64,000 nt of DNA from Mobula hypostoma (Eukaryota): contig NC_086097.1 of the NCBI RefSeq assembly GCF_963921235.1, forward strand, positions 229,650,001 through 229,714,000, given 5' to 3'. Both the position numbers and the translations under genes were made by a program. Shown piece after piece: positions 1 through 13,800 of this stretch (within the stretch, counting starts at the first letter, position 1; the number at the start of each line of letters is the position of its first letter). Below the pieces are notes generated by a model. It had not been told where the DNA came from. It ran no database searches and saw nothing but the letters and a program-made list of their open reading frames with translations.

Positions 1-344
1 TGCCCATACACTGCCCTGCTCCACTTGTATATTGTCCTGCCCTTTCAAGCAACCCTTTCTCTGCAAAATATAATTGTGCTGTTCTTGGGCAATGGATTTA
101 GATTTAAGAACATTATTGCAGGTGCATATCTTCTTTCTTTTCCATCTACTAAATTGAAGAAGGGTTTATTAATCAATAAAAATAAGCTACTGTTTTGTAA
201 ATTTATGCCAACTCTACAAGTTTCTGCCTCCCTACTGGAGAGTGCCAGGACACTTTCCACAGCAAAAGCTCTACTTTCCAAGGAGGCCAAAGATGGCTGG
301 ACTATGCACATCTATATTCACATCATTCTATAGATGAGCAGTAG

Positions 345-920
345 GGAGCATCTCAACAAGCTGCATCACTGCAGGGTACAGAAACTGCACTGTGGCGGAC
401 CGCTAGGCTCTACAGTGGGTAGTTAAAACTTCCCAACGTATCACCGGCACCAGCCTACCCACCATCAAGGACATATATAGAGAACGTTGCTGGAAAAGGG
501 TCAGTAACATCATGAAGGATCCCACCCACCCTGTTTGTCCCACCCCCATCAGGGAGGAGACTATATACCATCAACGCCAGGACCACCAGACACATCAAGC
601 CATTACCTTCCTCAGGCAGTAAGGCTGATCAACACCTCCACCCGATAACCTGGCCTTCCATCTCGCCCTCAGCACAACAACTTTATAATTTCCTGTCAGT
701 CACTTTATGTACAGTCCTGTGTGTAGCGTCTCTTTCTGGACGTACAATCAGTCTATGTACACAAGCTAGTTCATGTATTTATAATTACTGTGTTTTTTAA
801 TCACTGTTCTTTAACCTACTGAATTGTTTTTTGTGTTGCATTGGATCCAGAATAAGTGATCTCAGTCCCGTTTATAGTTACGTACCGGAAATGACATTAA
901 ACAATCTTGATTTGATTTGA
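345..920 (+). mobile_element. Rex1/Babar-like LINE 3' fragment (degenerate)
   Basis: Degenerate translation resembles the Rex RT C-terminus (SILTSCITAWYGNCT..DR.ALQ.VVK, KDPTHP), followed by an AT-rich 3' UTR with a short tail. Confidence 0.65.
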
Positions 921-1591
921 AATCTTGAACTGAAAGAATTTCACGTTAATTAGACTCAAATAACAAATGGTCTCTACTGCCACCCACAGTCAATCTACTG
1001 GAACCACAAAGACATTTTTAAAAGTGCTATTATACAGCACTTATTGTTATATTATACAGCACTGTATCATTTTCAAAATGAAATTATTTTAAAGATTGTG
1101 GTGATTAATATTATTTAGTGAATAACTGACCAATTGTTGAAGTGTTTTTGAGAGGTTGGTCATGGCTATAAATCAACTCCTTCCTAAGCAAGGTCCTGGA
1201 TCCACTGCCATTTGCCTTTCGCCATAATAGCTCTACAGCAGACGCATTCTCACTGGCTCTCCACTTGGCCTTAGATCACCTGGACAATAGTAATACAGGT
1301 TGAGTACCCCTTATCTGAAATGCTTGGGGCTTGATATATTTCATAGAATATACAACATAGAAATTTACAGCACATTACAGGCCCTTCAGCCCACAATGTT
1401 GTGCTGACCATGTAACCTCCTTTAGAGACTGCCTAGAATTTCCCTAGGGCATAGTCCTCTATTTTTCTAAGCTCTATGTACCTATCTAAGAGGCTCTTAA
1501 AAGACCCTATTGTATCCACTTCCACCACCACCGGCAGTGCATTCCATGCACCCACCACTCTCTGTGTGAAAAACTTACCCCTGACATCCCT

Positions 1592-2623
1592 GACAGTGGG
1601 GTACTGCAAGGCTCAGTGCTGGGACCCCAGTTGTTTACAATATATATTAATGACTTGGATGAGGGAATTAAATGCAGCATCTCCAAGTTTGCGGATGACA
1701 CGAAGCTGGGCGGCAGTGTTAGCTGTGAGGAGGATGCTAAGAGGATGCAGGGTGACTTGGATAGGTTGGGTGAGTGGGCAAATTCATGGCAGATGCAATT
1801 TAATGTGGATAAATGTGAAGTTATCCACTTTGGTGGCAAAAATAGGAAAACAGATTATTATCTGAATGGTGGCCGATTAGGAAAAGGGGAGGTGCAACGA
1901 GACCTGGGTGTCATTATACACCAGTCATTGAAAGTGGGCATGCAGGTACAGCAGGTGGTGAAAAAGGCGAATGGTATGCTGGCATTTATAGCTAGAGGAT
2001 TCGAGTACAGGAGCAGGGAGGTACTACTGCAGTTGTACAAGGCCTTGGTGAGACCACACCTGGAGTATTGTGTGCAGTTTTGGTCCCCTAATCTGAGGAA
2101 AGACATCCTTGCCATACAGGGAGTACAAAGAAGGTTCACCAGATTGATTCCTGGGATGGCAGGACTTTCATATGAAGAAAGACTGGATGAACTGGGCTTG
2201 TACTTGTTGGAATTTAGAAGATTGAGGGGGGATCTGATTGAAACATATAAAATCCTAAAGGGATTGGACAGGCTAGATGCAGGAAGATTGTTCCCGATGT
2301 TGGGGAAGTCCAGAACGAGGGGTCACAGTTTGAGGATAAAGGGGAAGCCTTTTAGGACTGAGATTAGGAAAAACTTCTTCACACAGAGAGTGGTGAATCT
2401 GTGGAATTCTCTGCCACAGGAAACAGTTGAGGTCAGTTCATTGGCTATATTTAAGAGGGAGTTAGATATGGCCCTTGTGGCTACGGGGATCAGGGGGTAT
2501 GGAGGGAAGGCTGGTGCAGGGTTCTGAGTTGGATGATCAGCCATGATCATAATAAATGGTGGTGCAGGCTCGAAGGGCCGAATGGCCTACTCCTGCACCT
2601 ATTTTCTATGTTTCTATGTTTCT
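1592..2623 (+). mobile_element. CR1 LINE 3' ~1 kb (RT C-terminal half), young copy
   Basis: 303-aa ORF 1616-2527 with LGPQLFTIYINDLD, KFADDTK and LVRPHLEYCVQFWSP; (TTCTATGT)n tail; flanked by an ATCCCT direct repeat. Confidence 0.92.
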
Positions 2624-3131
2624 ATCCCTCGGTACCTATTTCCAAGCACCTTAAAACTATGTCCCCTTGTGTTAGTGATTTCAGCCCTGGGGAAAAAGCC
2701 TCTGGCTATCAAGGCAATAAATGCCCCTCATCATCTTATACACCCCTATCAGGTCACCTCTCATTCTCCGTTGCTCCAAGGAGAAAAGGCCAAGTACACT
2801 CAAACTATTCTTACAAGTTACGTCCTCCAATCCAGGCAACATCCTTGTAAATCTCCTCTGCACTCTCTCTATAGAATCCACATCTTTTCTGTAGTGAAGT
2901 GATCAGAACTGAACACAGTAGTCCAAGTGGGGTCTGACCAAGGTCTTGTATAGCTGTAACATTACCTCACGGCTCTTGAACTCAATCCCATGGTTGATGA
3001 ATGCCAACACACCATACACCTTCTTAACAACACTGTCAACCTACGCAGTAGCTTTGAGTCTCCTATTGACTCGGACCCCAAGATCTCTCGGATCCTCCAC
3101 ACTGGCAAGAGTCTTACCATTTATATTATAT

Positions 3132-3761
3132 TAGATTAGATTAGATTATGAGGACACACAGTCCTCTTTTATTGTCATTTAGTAATGCATGCATTAAGAA
3201 AATGATACAATATTCCTCCAGTGTGATATCACAGAAACACAGGACAGACCAAGACTGAAAAACTGACAAAAAACCACATAATTATAACATATAGTTACAA
3301 CAGTGCAACAATACCATAACTTGATGAAGAATAGGCCATGGCACCATAAAAAAGTTCAAAGTCTCTCGAAAGTCTCACATCTCAGGCAGACGGGAGAAGG
3401 AAGAAAACTCTCCCTGCCATGCCCGACCACAGTCCGACTCTGAGTCGTCCGAAAACTTCGAGCTCCGATCAGCCCTCCAACACAGAGTACCGAGCGCCAT
3501 CTCTGCCGAACGCTTCGACCCCAGCCTCAGTAGCCAGCAGCAGGCAAAGCCGGGGATTTTGGGGCCTTCCCTCCGGAGATTCTCGATCGCACAGTAGCAG
3601 CGGCAGCAAACCGGGCATTTCAGAAATTTCTCCAGATGTTCCTCTGTGCTTCTCATGTCTGTCTTCATCAAATCAGAATTGTCCACGGCCCCTATTTAAC
3701 AGATATGATATCATTTCACCGGAGAGCCGTACGCACTGCGTCGCGCCACCATCTTCTCCTC
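3132..3761 (-). mobile_element. Non-autonomous non-LTR element, ~630 bp, (TCTAA)n tail
   Basis: Homologous in inverted orientation to 45687-46326; interrupts a CR1; 5' end GAGGAGAAGATGGTGGCGCGACGCAG. Confidence 0.7.
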
Positions 3762-6610
3762 CTGCCTTCTATCTTCAAATTGGACCTATCAAAATGAACC
3801 ACTTCACACTTATCTGGGTCGAAGTCCATCTGCCACTTCTCAGCCCAGTTCTACATCCTATCAATGTCTTGCTATAACCTCCAAAAACCCTCCAGACCAT
3901 CCACAAAACCCCCAACCTTTGTGTCATCAGCAAACTTACTAACCCACCCTTCTATTTCTTCATCCAGGTCATTTATAAAAATCACAAAGAGGAGGGGTCC
4001 CAGAACAGATCCCTGCGGAATGCCACTGGTCACCGACCTCCATGCAGAATACAAATCATCTACAACCACCCTTTGCCTTCTGTGGGCAAGCCAATTCTGG
4101 ATCCACAAAGCAAGGTCTCATTGGACCCCATGCAACCTTACTTTCTGAAGGAGCCTTGCGTGGGGAAACTTATCAAATGCCTTACTGAAATCCATATACA
4201 CTACATCTACTGCTCTACCTTGTTACATCCTCAAAGAATTCAGTCAGGCTCTTAAGGCATGACCTGCCCTAGACAAAGCCCTGCTGACTATCCCCAATCA
4301 GATTATGTCTCTATAAATGTTCATAAATCCTACCTCTCAGGATCTTCTCCAACAATTTTCCCACCACTGAAGTCAGACTCATTGGTCTATAATTTCGTGG
4401 GTTATCTCTACTTCCTTTCTTGAACAAGGGAACAGCATTTGCAACCCTCCGGTACTTCTTCCGGCACTTCTCCCGTTTCTATTGATGATACAAAGATCAT
4501 CCCACGGGGCTCAGCAATCTCCACCCTCACTTCCCACAGTAGCCTGGGGTACATCTCATCAAGTCCCGGTGACCTATCTAACTTAATGTTTTTCAAAAGC
4601 TCCAGCATTTCCTCTTTCTTAACGTCTATATGCTCAAGCATTTCAGTACGCTGTGCAAAATCTCAGATTTTGGAATATATAATGAGATAGCTTTGGACTG
4701 CCATCATCTTAGACTCTGAATTTATGTGCTTCCAGTGAGTAGTCTTTGTCTTACACTTGTTCATCAATTTCAACGTTTAAGAGAAGTTTGGATATATACA
4801 TGGATAGTAGGGATATGGAGGGTTATACTGCAGGTCGATGGGAGTAGACAATAACTCCAGTTAGAAATGTTCAGAACTAGCAAATCTTGCAGTTAAGAAA
4901 CACAGGATTTTTTTTGGGAGAGTGGCATTTTTAAGTGTAATAATATAACTGACTGATGGTTTGGCACAAACTAGATGGGCCAAAGGGCCTGTTTCTGTGC
5001 TGAAATTTTCTATGATTCCGTGACTCTATATGTACTCATCAGTAAAATTATTACATAATGATTAATATAGTGAAAATATAATGTGTGCAAGATAACAAAA
5101 GCAGCACAGTAGATTCAGGAGAGTACATGAATCAGCTGTTAAACAACAACAAATGATCACAGGCTTTCAGTCTCTACCTATAACGCAGTGCTTTTATTAA
5201 AAGGCTACTATACGCTGTATTTGTATTTTACATGTTTTTAGGTTTTATGTAAGGTATAAAAACATTTAGCATTGTAGACTTGTTCTGGTTTATATCTTCA
5301 TCAGCGATGATCTTCGCAAACCCTTCAATGAACTTTTCTGCTGCTTCGTGATCAGCAGACACTTTATCTTTAAAATTTCTTAAATCTTTAAAAATTAAAC
5401 GGCATGCCTTTTCTTAAATTTCTGCAACCGGTCCATTGACTATTCACAATTACCTGCAATTTCCAGTTCATCGTGATAGATCCTTGCTTGTTTCATGATC
5501 AGCATACCATTAAAATGGCATAACTTCACTCCGACAAATCCTTCCTTTCAATGCAGTCGAGATCTTCACTTTTCACCTCATGCTGTGTATTTCTATTCTT
5601 CATTAACTTCTGTTCATTACATATGTGAGGTCACTTCTCAGAATTGTCAGTGATGCGCAGAGACCTTGTGTCTTGTGGAATTTCCCATTTGTGACATCAT
5701 GTCACAAAAAAATTTCAGATTTCAGAGGTTTCAGGTTTTGGAATTTTGGATAAGGGGTACTCAACCTGTCCCTATGTCAGGTGCTGCTTATTGACCACGG
5801 CTCAGCATTCAAGACAATCATACCCTCAGTTCTAATAAGCAAGCTCCAAAATCTGGGCCTTTAAAAATGGATCCTTGACTTCCTCACCAGGGAACCGCAG
5901 TCATTGCAGATCCAAAATAGCATCTCCTCTTCACTGACAATCAACACTCGTGCACCTCAGGAATGTGTGCTTGGTCCACTGCTCTACTCTCTACATCCAT
6001 GACCGTGGCTAGGCACAACTCAAAAGCCATCTATACGTTTTCTGATGACACAATTATTGCTGGCAGAATTTCAGATGGTGACAAGGAGGTGTACATGAGT
6101 GAGATAGATCAGCTGGTTGAGTGGTGTCGCAGCAACAACCTTGCACTCGACGTCTATAAGACCAAGGAATAGATTATGGACTCCAGGAAGGAGACGTTGA
6201 GGGAACACACACCAGTTTTCATCGAAGGATCAGAAGTCAAAAGGGTGAGCAGTTTTAGATTCCTGGGTGTCATTAGGAGTTTGAGGAGAATTGATTTGTT
6301 TCCAAAGACACTCACAAATTTCTACAGATGTACCATGGTGAGCATTTTAACCGGTTGCATCACTGCCTGGTTTGGAGGGGCCACTGCACAGGATCAGACA
6401 AAGCTGCAGAAAGTTGTAAACTCAGCCAGCTCCATCATAGGCACTCGCCTCGCCGGCATCCGGGACCCCTTCAAAAGGCGATGCCTCAGAAAGTCTGTAT
6501 CCATCATTAAGGACCCCCATCAACCAGGACCTGACCTCTTCTCATTGCTACCATCAAGGAGGAGGTACAGGAGCCTGAAGACACACACCCAATATTTCAG
6601 GAACAACTTT

Positions 6611-7039
6611 TGTCACTAGGTTCGGATATGGCCCAAGTGCGGAGTGAGAGACATTGAAGCAGGTCAATAGTTCACAGGCTTTAATGCGAACAGTGTTAAA
6701 GGGGAAAGAAAACAATAAACGCTAGGCCAAACTGGGCCGTTAACTAAAACTCTCAAATGGAAAAACAAAGCCTACACTGCGGCTGAAAAGAACAACTAAA
6801 ATATAAAATGAATATCGCTACTCTTCAGAGTCAGTTGACTCGACAGTCCAATTTCTCAGGCAAGGCCAAATGCAAGCAGGCAGCGAAGCGTTGCTGTGCT
6901 GTGTCCAAGTCTCGACAAGCACTACGATGACAAGTATGGAGTTAAATACTGTCACAATGAAATAATAATTAGCTGACACGTGCATATTCACAAGCGCAAT
7001 TGCCATATCTACTGCCCTGCCGAATCCGTGGATGTGACA
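6611..7039. mobile_element. Solo LTR
   Basis: TGTCAC...GTGACA termini; interrupts the Rex 3' end between CTTT and CTTC (probable 4-bp TSD, 1 mismatch). Confidence 0.65.
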
Positions 7040-7483
7040 CTTCTTCCCCTCTGTCATCAGATTTCTGAATGGACAATGAATCCATGAACACTTCTTCAGT
7101 ATTTTTACTCTCTTTTTGCACTATTTATTCAATTGAATTTTACATATATTTTATATATATATTACATATACTGTATACTATTTGTAATTTATAGTTTTTT
7201 ATTATTATGTATTGCAACATACTGCTGCCACATAACAACAAATTTCATGGCGTATGCCAGTGATATTAAACCTGCTTCTAATTCTGAATTGCCTGGTCAT
7301 CTGTGAAAAGAAAAGGAGCAGAAATTGTTGACTCCCTCCTTGGAAATTGCTCGAGCATTCAGCAAGATCAGGGATGATCGTCTACCTCAAACACCATTTT
7401 GCTTCATTATCAAATTCCCTGATCCTTCTAATGTGCATAAATCTATTAAAGGATATATTAAATTACTGCTAGTAGAATAATAC

Positions 7484-7607
7484 GCACTCTCCAAAAAGAA
7501 ACTTGTCTTTTTTTTTGTTTTAATTTCTTAAGTGCAAGATTTGCTAGTTTTGAACATTTCTAACTGGAATTACTTGAGGATATGGAGAGCCAGCTGTTGC
7601 CCGTGCA
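7484..7607 (+). repeat. ~124-bp direct duplicate of 8575-8699
   Basis: Identical by eye apart from one T in the poly-T run. Confidence 0.9.
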
Positions 7608-8679
7608 ACAGTTTTATGTATTTTAATCATTTAATTGCAGTCAAGTTCAGAGAAGGGGTAGATAACAAAATCTTCAGAAAAATCATCCATTGTTGAGACT
7701 CAATGAACTTGCCCTGTTTGTAAGTGCTAAATTGCCTTATCTCAACAGACCATTCAAATCAACTGTTACGACCACATGGACAAACTGAACTCAGCCAGTC
7801 AGAAAATCAGCAGGTAGGCAGGTTGTCCTTATTGTTATGCCCACCAAGGTCCCATACCAGTCTTGCAGGCTGTGATTTAAACTTGCCTCTCTGACCGGTT
7901 GAGACAAACAGCCGCTGAAAAATGTGAAGAACAGGATCAGATAAATTCGGTTTTAAAATTTGACCAAAAATAACATGGTTGATGTCTTTTTCCCAACAGC
8001 TTTATCTAACCAGAAGGATTTTTTTTAACATTTTAAAAATTTATTTTCCATGTTGGGCAGGTGGAATAGCAGTGTTTTTTTGTACCACGTACTGAATATT
8101 TATGCGTAGTGGAGGGGCGGAGTGACTCTCTGTTATTCCTATGTGTATGCCTTCCCTTCCCAATGAATGTACAGTATTTTATTACTCTGGTAGTGTTCTT
8201 CATTCCTGGAAGTGTTCTACTGTGCACACTGGACTTACATTGCCTTGCAGGCACAGCCCAGAAGCTGAACGCCTCAGCCTCACGAGACAAGCCATCCTCC
8301 TCAGCTCAGTGATAGGTGGTTGTTGGGGGCCAGGGTTAATTTATGAAGAAAACCTGCAAGAATTCCCTGGATTTCATTAAAGTTCATATCTAACAATTGG
8401 GTCAGACAACGGCAACCAGCAGTTTATTCATTAAGATTTTATTTCCATTAATGAACAAAAGTCAGTCTTTGAACCTCAAAGCCAAACCCCAACACTAATT
8501 TATAACCCCAAAACTTGGCATGACGTTTAACAATTCTTCCCTTTCAGTCAATTATATTGTTAAATTTAGAAATGGCACTCTCCAAAAAGAAACTTGTCTT
8601 TTTTTTTTGTTTTAATTTCTTAAGTGCAAGATTTGCTAGTTTTGAACATTTCTAACTGGAATTACTTGAGGATATGGAG

Positions 8680-9150
8680 AGCCAGCTGTTGCCCGTGCAG
8701 CAGGTTCCTCTCTACGCAGCTGATGAATCCGAAGGAACAGCAGAGACTGATAGAGTTTGGCACCAGCAGCGTTGCCAGTCAATTTAGGACTGCCTTGAAG
8801 ACTGCTCTGGATTTTTCCTTGGCGTTTATTCGCAAAGCCTTCTCCATGAGTGGGTATAGCTGCAAGGTAGCACAGGTTTGAGATCGGTTTTCCTTCCGCC
8901 ACGTAAGCTGCCCGCCTCGGCCGATGAGCCCCATCTGCCTGAAGCGACTGGTTTTAAGGCACCAGTAACCCACCTTTGCCCCTTCTGTCAGTAGAGATGG
9001 TTCTGCTGGGCTTAGTAGCCAAGCCACTTGTGAAGGCCAGGGGCTGGACTTGGTTGTCAGAGGCTATTTGAGATGTACGCCATTGGGAGTATTTAATAGT
9101 TAGTGGGAGCTTTTCCCCATTACCACTCCTGGCTACAACAACCTTAAGGA
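8680..9150 (-). mobile_element. RTE-type LINE 5'-UTR-derived repeat
   Basis: Reverse complement aligns with 40670-41020 and 41866-42000; family assignment is from recall of RTE 5' UTR motifs. Confidence 0.5.
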
Positions 9151-9481
9151 AGTCTCCTATGATTGATTATTATTGATTCTAATATGGTTATTATTCTGTT
9201 ATGGTTTTCTTGAGTATGCCCACAAGAAAATGAATTTCAGGGCTGTATATGGTGATATATATGTACTTTGATAATAAATTTACTTTGAACTTTGAACCAG
9301 GAATTACAGAGAACTGTAATAATTCCTATAATACCCTCCTATCCACTTGGAGTGCCAAAATGCCTCTGACCACAGTGATCCCTCCCACCTGCCATCAATC
9401 TAACTTTGAGATAGATTGTTAATTAATGATCATTTGCATTTCTATTGAAAAGTTGTTGCTGCATCATTACTGAGTTATATC

Positions 9482-10113
9482 TGTAATGCTCAGCTATATT
9501 GGCTCGTATTTATCTCGGGGAAACCCCATCCGCCGCCCACCTTATCTCCCGGTTGTGTCGGTTACTGTGCAACTGCTGCCTGATTCAGCTTCAAACATCA
9601 ATCATCAGCCAGCACACAATGTACGTTTTACCAATTACACTTTATAGATATTACTAAGTCTATGAGATTAATAGAAGTTCAATACAAAAAAGGAATGGAA
9701 AAGGTGCCAGACTTTTCAAAGTTCAGTTTCTTTGTGCACACGTTGGAGCTCGGGGACCTCTTCGGGACCACTCTGACCCCGTCGACTCGTAGCTTGGGAC
9801 CACCCAGATGATCAACCTGAGCTTTCCCACATGTCCGTCGTCCTCACGGTCTCTCCTCCGACTCCTCGCCAAAAACCCCTGGTTCCCAGTCATATGAGAC
9901 AGCATTATCACTCCAAGAAAGAATAACATGGACACCCATTGGCTAATAGTACTCTGCTCTCTGTTATAACCCAAGCAAAGTGCTAGCTGGAGACTTTCTC
10001 AGCATTTAACATAACATAGAAGCCATTTTAATTCACATACGCAGCAGCTTAAAAGATTAACATAACAAAGAACCCATTTTAATTTTAACATAACAAAGAA
10101 GAAACCCCTTACA
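9482..10113 (-). mobile_element. Solo LTR
   Basis: TGTAA...TTACA termini and a perfect 4-bp TSD TATC on both sides. Confidence 0.8.
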
Positions 10114-10816
10114 TATCTTCAGGATATAATCTTTGTTCCCTATTCACACAGATCTCATAATCCACCTCTCTTTGGCCTATTGATCTGACATCTAAAGCCA
10201 TCCTCATCATTGTGTGCATGCCCTCAACTGTTTCACTAAATAGCCATGCTGTTCTGAGCTCAGTATTTCGGGTCTTGTCAAACCTTAATTACAAGCTGGT
10301 AGACTTTATATATTTCTTCTATTCTACTCAAAATATAGTGCTGGACAGCTAGTGGAGCTGCTACTTTGAAGCTCCAGTGACCCTGTTTCCATCCTGAACT
10401 CCGATACTGCCTGCATGGAATTTGCACGTTGTTTGTAGGGTTGTTCGCCAAGCCTGGAGGGTTGTTTCTGCAGAGTGTTTGCACTTATGTTGGTCCGACT
10501 CATAAATATAAATGCATATGCTCCACAGAAACAAACCTCAATTGCACACTGATGATGTCACCTCCACTGATGACAAAACGTTTGCGACCTAACCTCCACG
10601 CTTGTCGAGCAAGCCTATAAACCGGTAGCCAACCTGAGCTACCAATCTTCTCTTTCATTTCAATTGGTAGGTTAAATCGGTACTGGTTCAGTTGTTGTTC
10701 AGGCCAAACTTCAGAATGAGAAAGAAATGTGATCTAAGTGACTTTGACCATGGAATGATTGTTGGTGCTAGGCGGGGTGGTTTACAGGCACTGGAAATTG
10801 TTCCCAGTGTGTAAAT

Positions 10817-13800
10817 CAGTATTTCCCATCCTTCTTCAGTCCAACACTCCCCTAAAGCACTTACATACTTGCCAACACCCCTCTTAGGCACAATATACTT
10901 TCTGACACCCCCATAGTGTAAAAACATGTCTACCATATGCTAACATGAAAGATTGATTCTGCTTTAAATTTTTATTTGTCTTTAAACCTAGCTTACTCAG
11001 TACCTGAGTGCTGTACAGCAGCTTCGATATCAATGTGATCCTTGAGGTTGATGGTTTTTAGCAAGAGCTGAAATATCTGGTTCAAGTTGTAACAGCAAAA
11101 ACCTTAAGTTCCCACCTGTAACAATGTCCAAGCAGTTTCTGTTTTTTGTCAGTATGTGGTAAACTGCACTGAAGCCTCTTTCAACAAAGTAGGAGAATGG
11201 AAATGCAATGAAGAGCAGCTTGGCTCTTCTCCAAAGACCAGCAAACTTCGTATGACAGCGTAGCCACATACCACAAAAGCTGATATTTTTGAAAAGCATT
11301 TTTGCTTCTTCATTATTCTTAATTTCGATAATTTCTTCTTGCAAGCTCTCTTCCTGTTCTTCCACTTTGCAAAGATATGGGTTAATTACTCAGTCCAGAA
11401 TTTCCAGATCATTCAAATCCTTAAATCGATACTGAAAATCCTTCTTCAGTGACTGCAGGTGTAAGCAGTAGTGACTCTTGCAAATCACCATCTGTGAAAG
11501 AGACTGCTATACTTACCATGCAGGGAAACTGTGAGCACATTCTCCACTCAATTTTTTGCATATACATTTCCAATTTTCTGATAGAAGTGGACTCTGCACT
11601 TCTTTCCTGGATTAAATTGAAATTCTCATATTTAGAATGTTCATTTTGTCATACAGATCAGTTAGGTACACCAGATCTCTATGTAGAAGTTCAATCTTGT
11701 TTCCCAAGCTCTTGTCGACTTTGAGCAAAAATTCAACCACAATGTGAAAAGGATCAAAGAAATGTTTTAAATAGCAGCCTTTTTACAGTGAACAGTGTAA
11801 AGAAGCAAATGTTCAAACTCTTCATTGTTATCTCGGCATAACCGGTAAAATATTCTGCTATTTAATACATGAGCTTTAATTTTGCTGATAGCAGATATTA
11901 CAAGACTCGTGCTTGAAAAAAGTTGCTGGCTGAGGCTTTCGGCTGTGAGATGTAGATGATGAATTACACAATGGATTGCAACAGATATGGAATATCTTTT
12001 TTTTCATATATGCCACTAAAACAGCACAGCGACCTGTCATATATGCTGCTCCATCTGTTGCTTAAGAAATCACGTTCCTAATCAGAATACTTTTACCCTC
12101 AATATATATTTTGAGCTCATCGTAGATTGATTCTCCATTGATATTTGATTTTAACTTTTTACAAAAGAGAATCTCCTCATAAAGGTTTCCATTTTTGATA
12201 AACCGTACATATCCCATTAGCAATACCTTGCTGTCTCACACTGTTGACTCATCCAGTTATATCCCAAACTCTGTTTTTTGTAGCTCTTTGCATAGTTGAT
12301 ATTCATAAAATCATAAGAACATAAGAAATAGGAGCAGGAGTAGGCCATCTGGCCCATCGAGCCTGCTCCTCCATTCAATAAGATCATCGCTGATCTGGCC
12401 ATGTACTCATCTCCACCTACCCACCTGTTCCCCGTAACCTTTAATTCCCCTACTAGGCAAAAATCTATGCAACCTTGTCTTAAATATATTTACTGAGGCA
12501 GCCTCCGTTGCTTCATTGGGCAGAGAATTCCACAGATTCACCAACCTCTGGGAAAAACAGTTCCACCTCATCTCCATCCTAAATCTACTCTCCCGAATCT
12601 TGAGACTATGTTCCCTAGTTCCAGTGTCACCTATCAGTGGAAACAACTTTCCTGCCTCAATGTTATCTATCCTTTCCATAATTTTATATGTTTCAATAAG
12701 ATCTCCTCTCATTCTTCTGAATTCCAGTGAGTACAGTCCCAAGCGACTCAATCTCTCCTCATAGTCTAACCCTCTCATCTCTGGAATCAACCTGGTGAAC
12801 CTCCTCTGCACTGCCTCCAAAGCCAGTATATTCTTCCTCAAGTAAGGAGACCAGAACTCTATGCAGTACTCCAGGTGTGGCCTCACCAGTACCCGGGTAT
12901 AGTTGCAGTATAATCTCCCTACTCTTAATTTCACTCCCTCTAGCAATGAAGGCCAACGTTCCATTTGCCTTCTTGATAGCCTGCTGCACCTGCAAACCAA
13001 CCTTTTGTGCTTCATGCACAAGCGCTCCCAAGACCCTCTGCAAGGCAGCATGCTGCATATTTTTACTACTTAAATAATAATTTGCTCTTCCATTTTTCCT
13101 TCCAAAGTGGATGGCCTCACATTTACCATCTGCCAGACCCTTGTCCACTCACTTAACCTACCTAAATCTCTCTGCAGACTCTCTGTATCTTCTGCACGGT
13201 TTGCTTTTCCACTGAATTTAGTATTTTAGTACTTTTCCACTCAGTTTTCTGTTCAATGTCTTCACTCATTTCATCAATATGACGAGCTACAGAATGATTA
13301 CTCAGAGGAATTGACTCTAAAATGCTGGCATCCATTTTGAGAACAGTGGTTAGCAGATATTATTAATCTTTCACCAATTGTATGAGATTTTCCACACCGC
13401 TATAATTTTGGAAATGTTATAAGAAGCAATGACTCCACTATCAAGGCTATTTTTAGCTTCCTTGGCAAATGATTTGAGTGGGCAACACTTTTCAAATTCT
13501 TCTTTCATCTTCTGGAACGAGTAATACCATAAGTAGCTTTTTCAGTGTGTCTTTTATGGAAATGTGTCTGCAATCTTGATGCTTTTATGGCTTCATTAGA
13601 AGTACAGTATTACAAAGAAGACACATGGGACATCACTGATCTGATGGGAATGGAGTAAAACCATACTCCAGGTACGTAACATTGTACTGACACACTTTTT
13701 GTAGTTTCTGTTTCATAGCAGGATTAGAATTGAAGGCTTCACCACCTTCAGACTCATAGAGAGCGTGCCGTATGTATTTATCCATCATTAACGATGCTAA

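Larger units (their letters stand above)
1342..4653 (-). mobile_element. CR1 LINE, 5'-truncated and degenerate; interrupted at 1592-2623 and 3132-3761
   Basis: ORF pieces [28 protein letters not shown] (3872-4108), KLDRSPGLDEMYPRLL (4408-4641) and IERVQRRFTRMLPGL (2681-2881); (CATAGAAA)-type tail near 1342. Confidence 0.85.
1296..5768 (-). mobile_element. Tigger/pogo-like DNA transposon remnant with nested CR1s
   Basis: TIRs CAGGTTGAGTACCCCTTATC (1296) and GATAAGGGGTACTCAACCTG (5768), TA on the left. A minus-strand remnant at ~5300-5600 reads IMKQARIYHDELEI...LQKFKKRH (CENP-B/jerky-type HTH region). Confidence 0.75.
1100..7290 (+). mobile_element. Rex1/Babar-like LINE RT remnant, split by a Tigger-like element (1296-5768) and a solo LTR (6611-7039)
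   Basis: LDPLPFAFRHNSSTADA..LDHLDNSN at 1190-1295 continues after 5768 as (T)YVR.L.ID..SAF.TIIP. ORFs 5963-6619 carry FSDDT, EWCRSNNLAL and LTNFYRCTMVSILTGCITAWFG. Confidence 0.75.

Noticed and set aside
25..333. Overlapping 102-aa and 88-aa ORFs
   Set aside because: No recognisable domain or splice context; probably chance.
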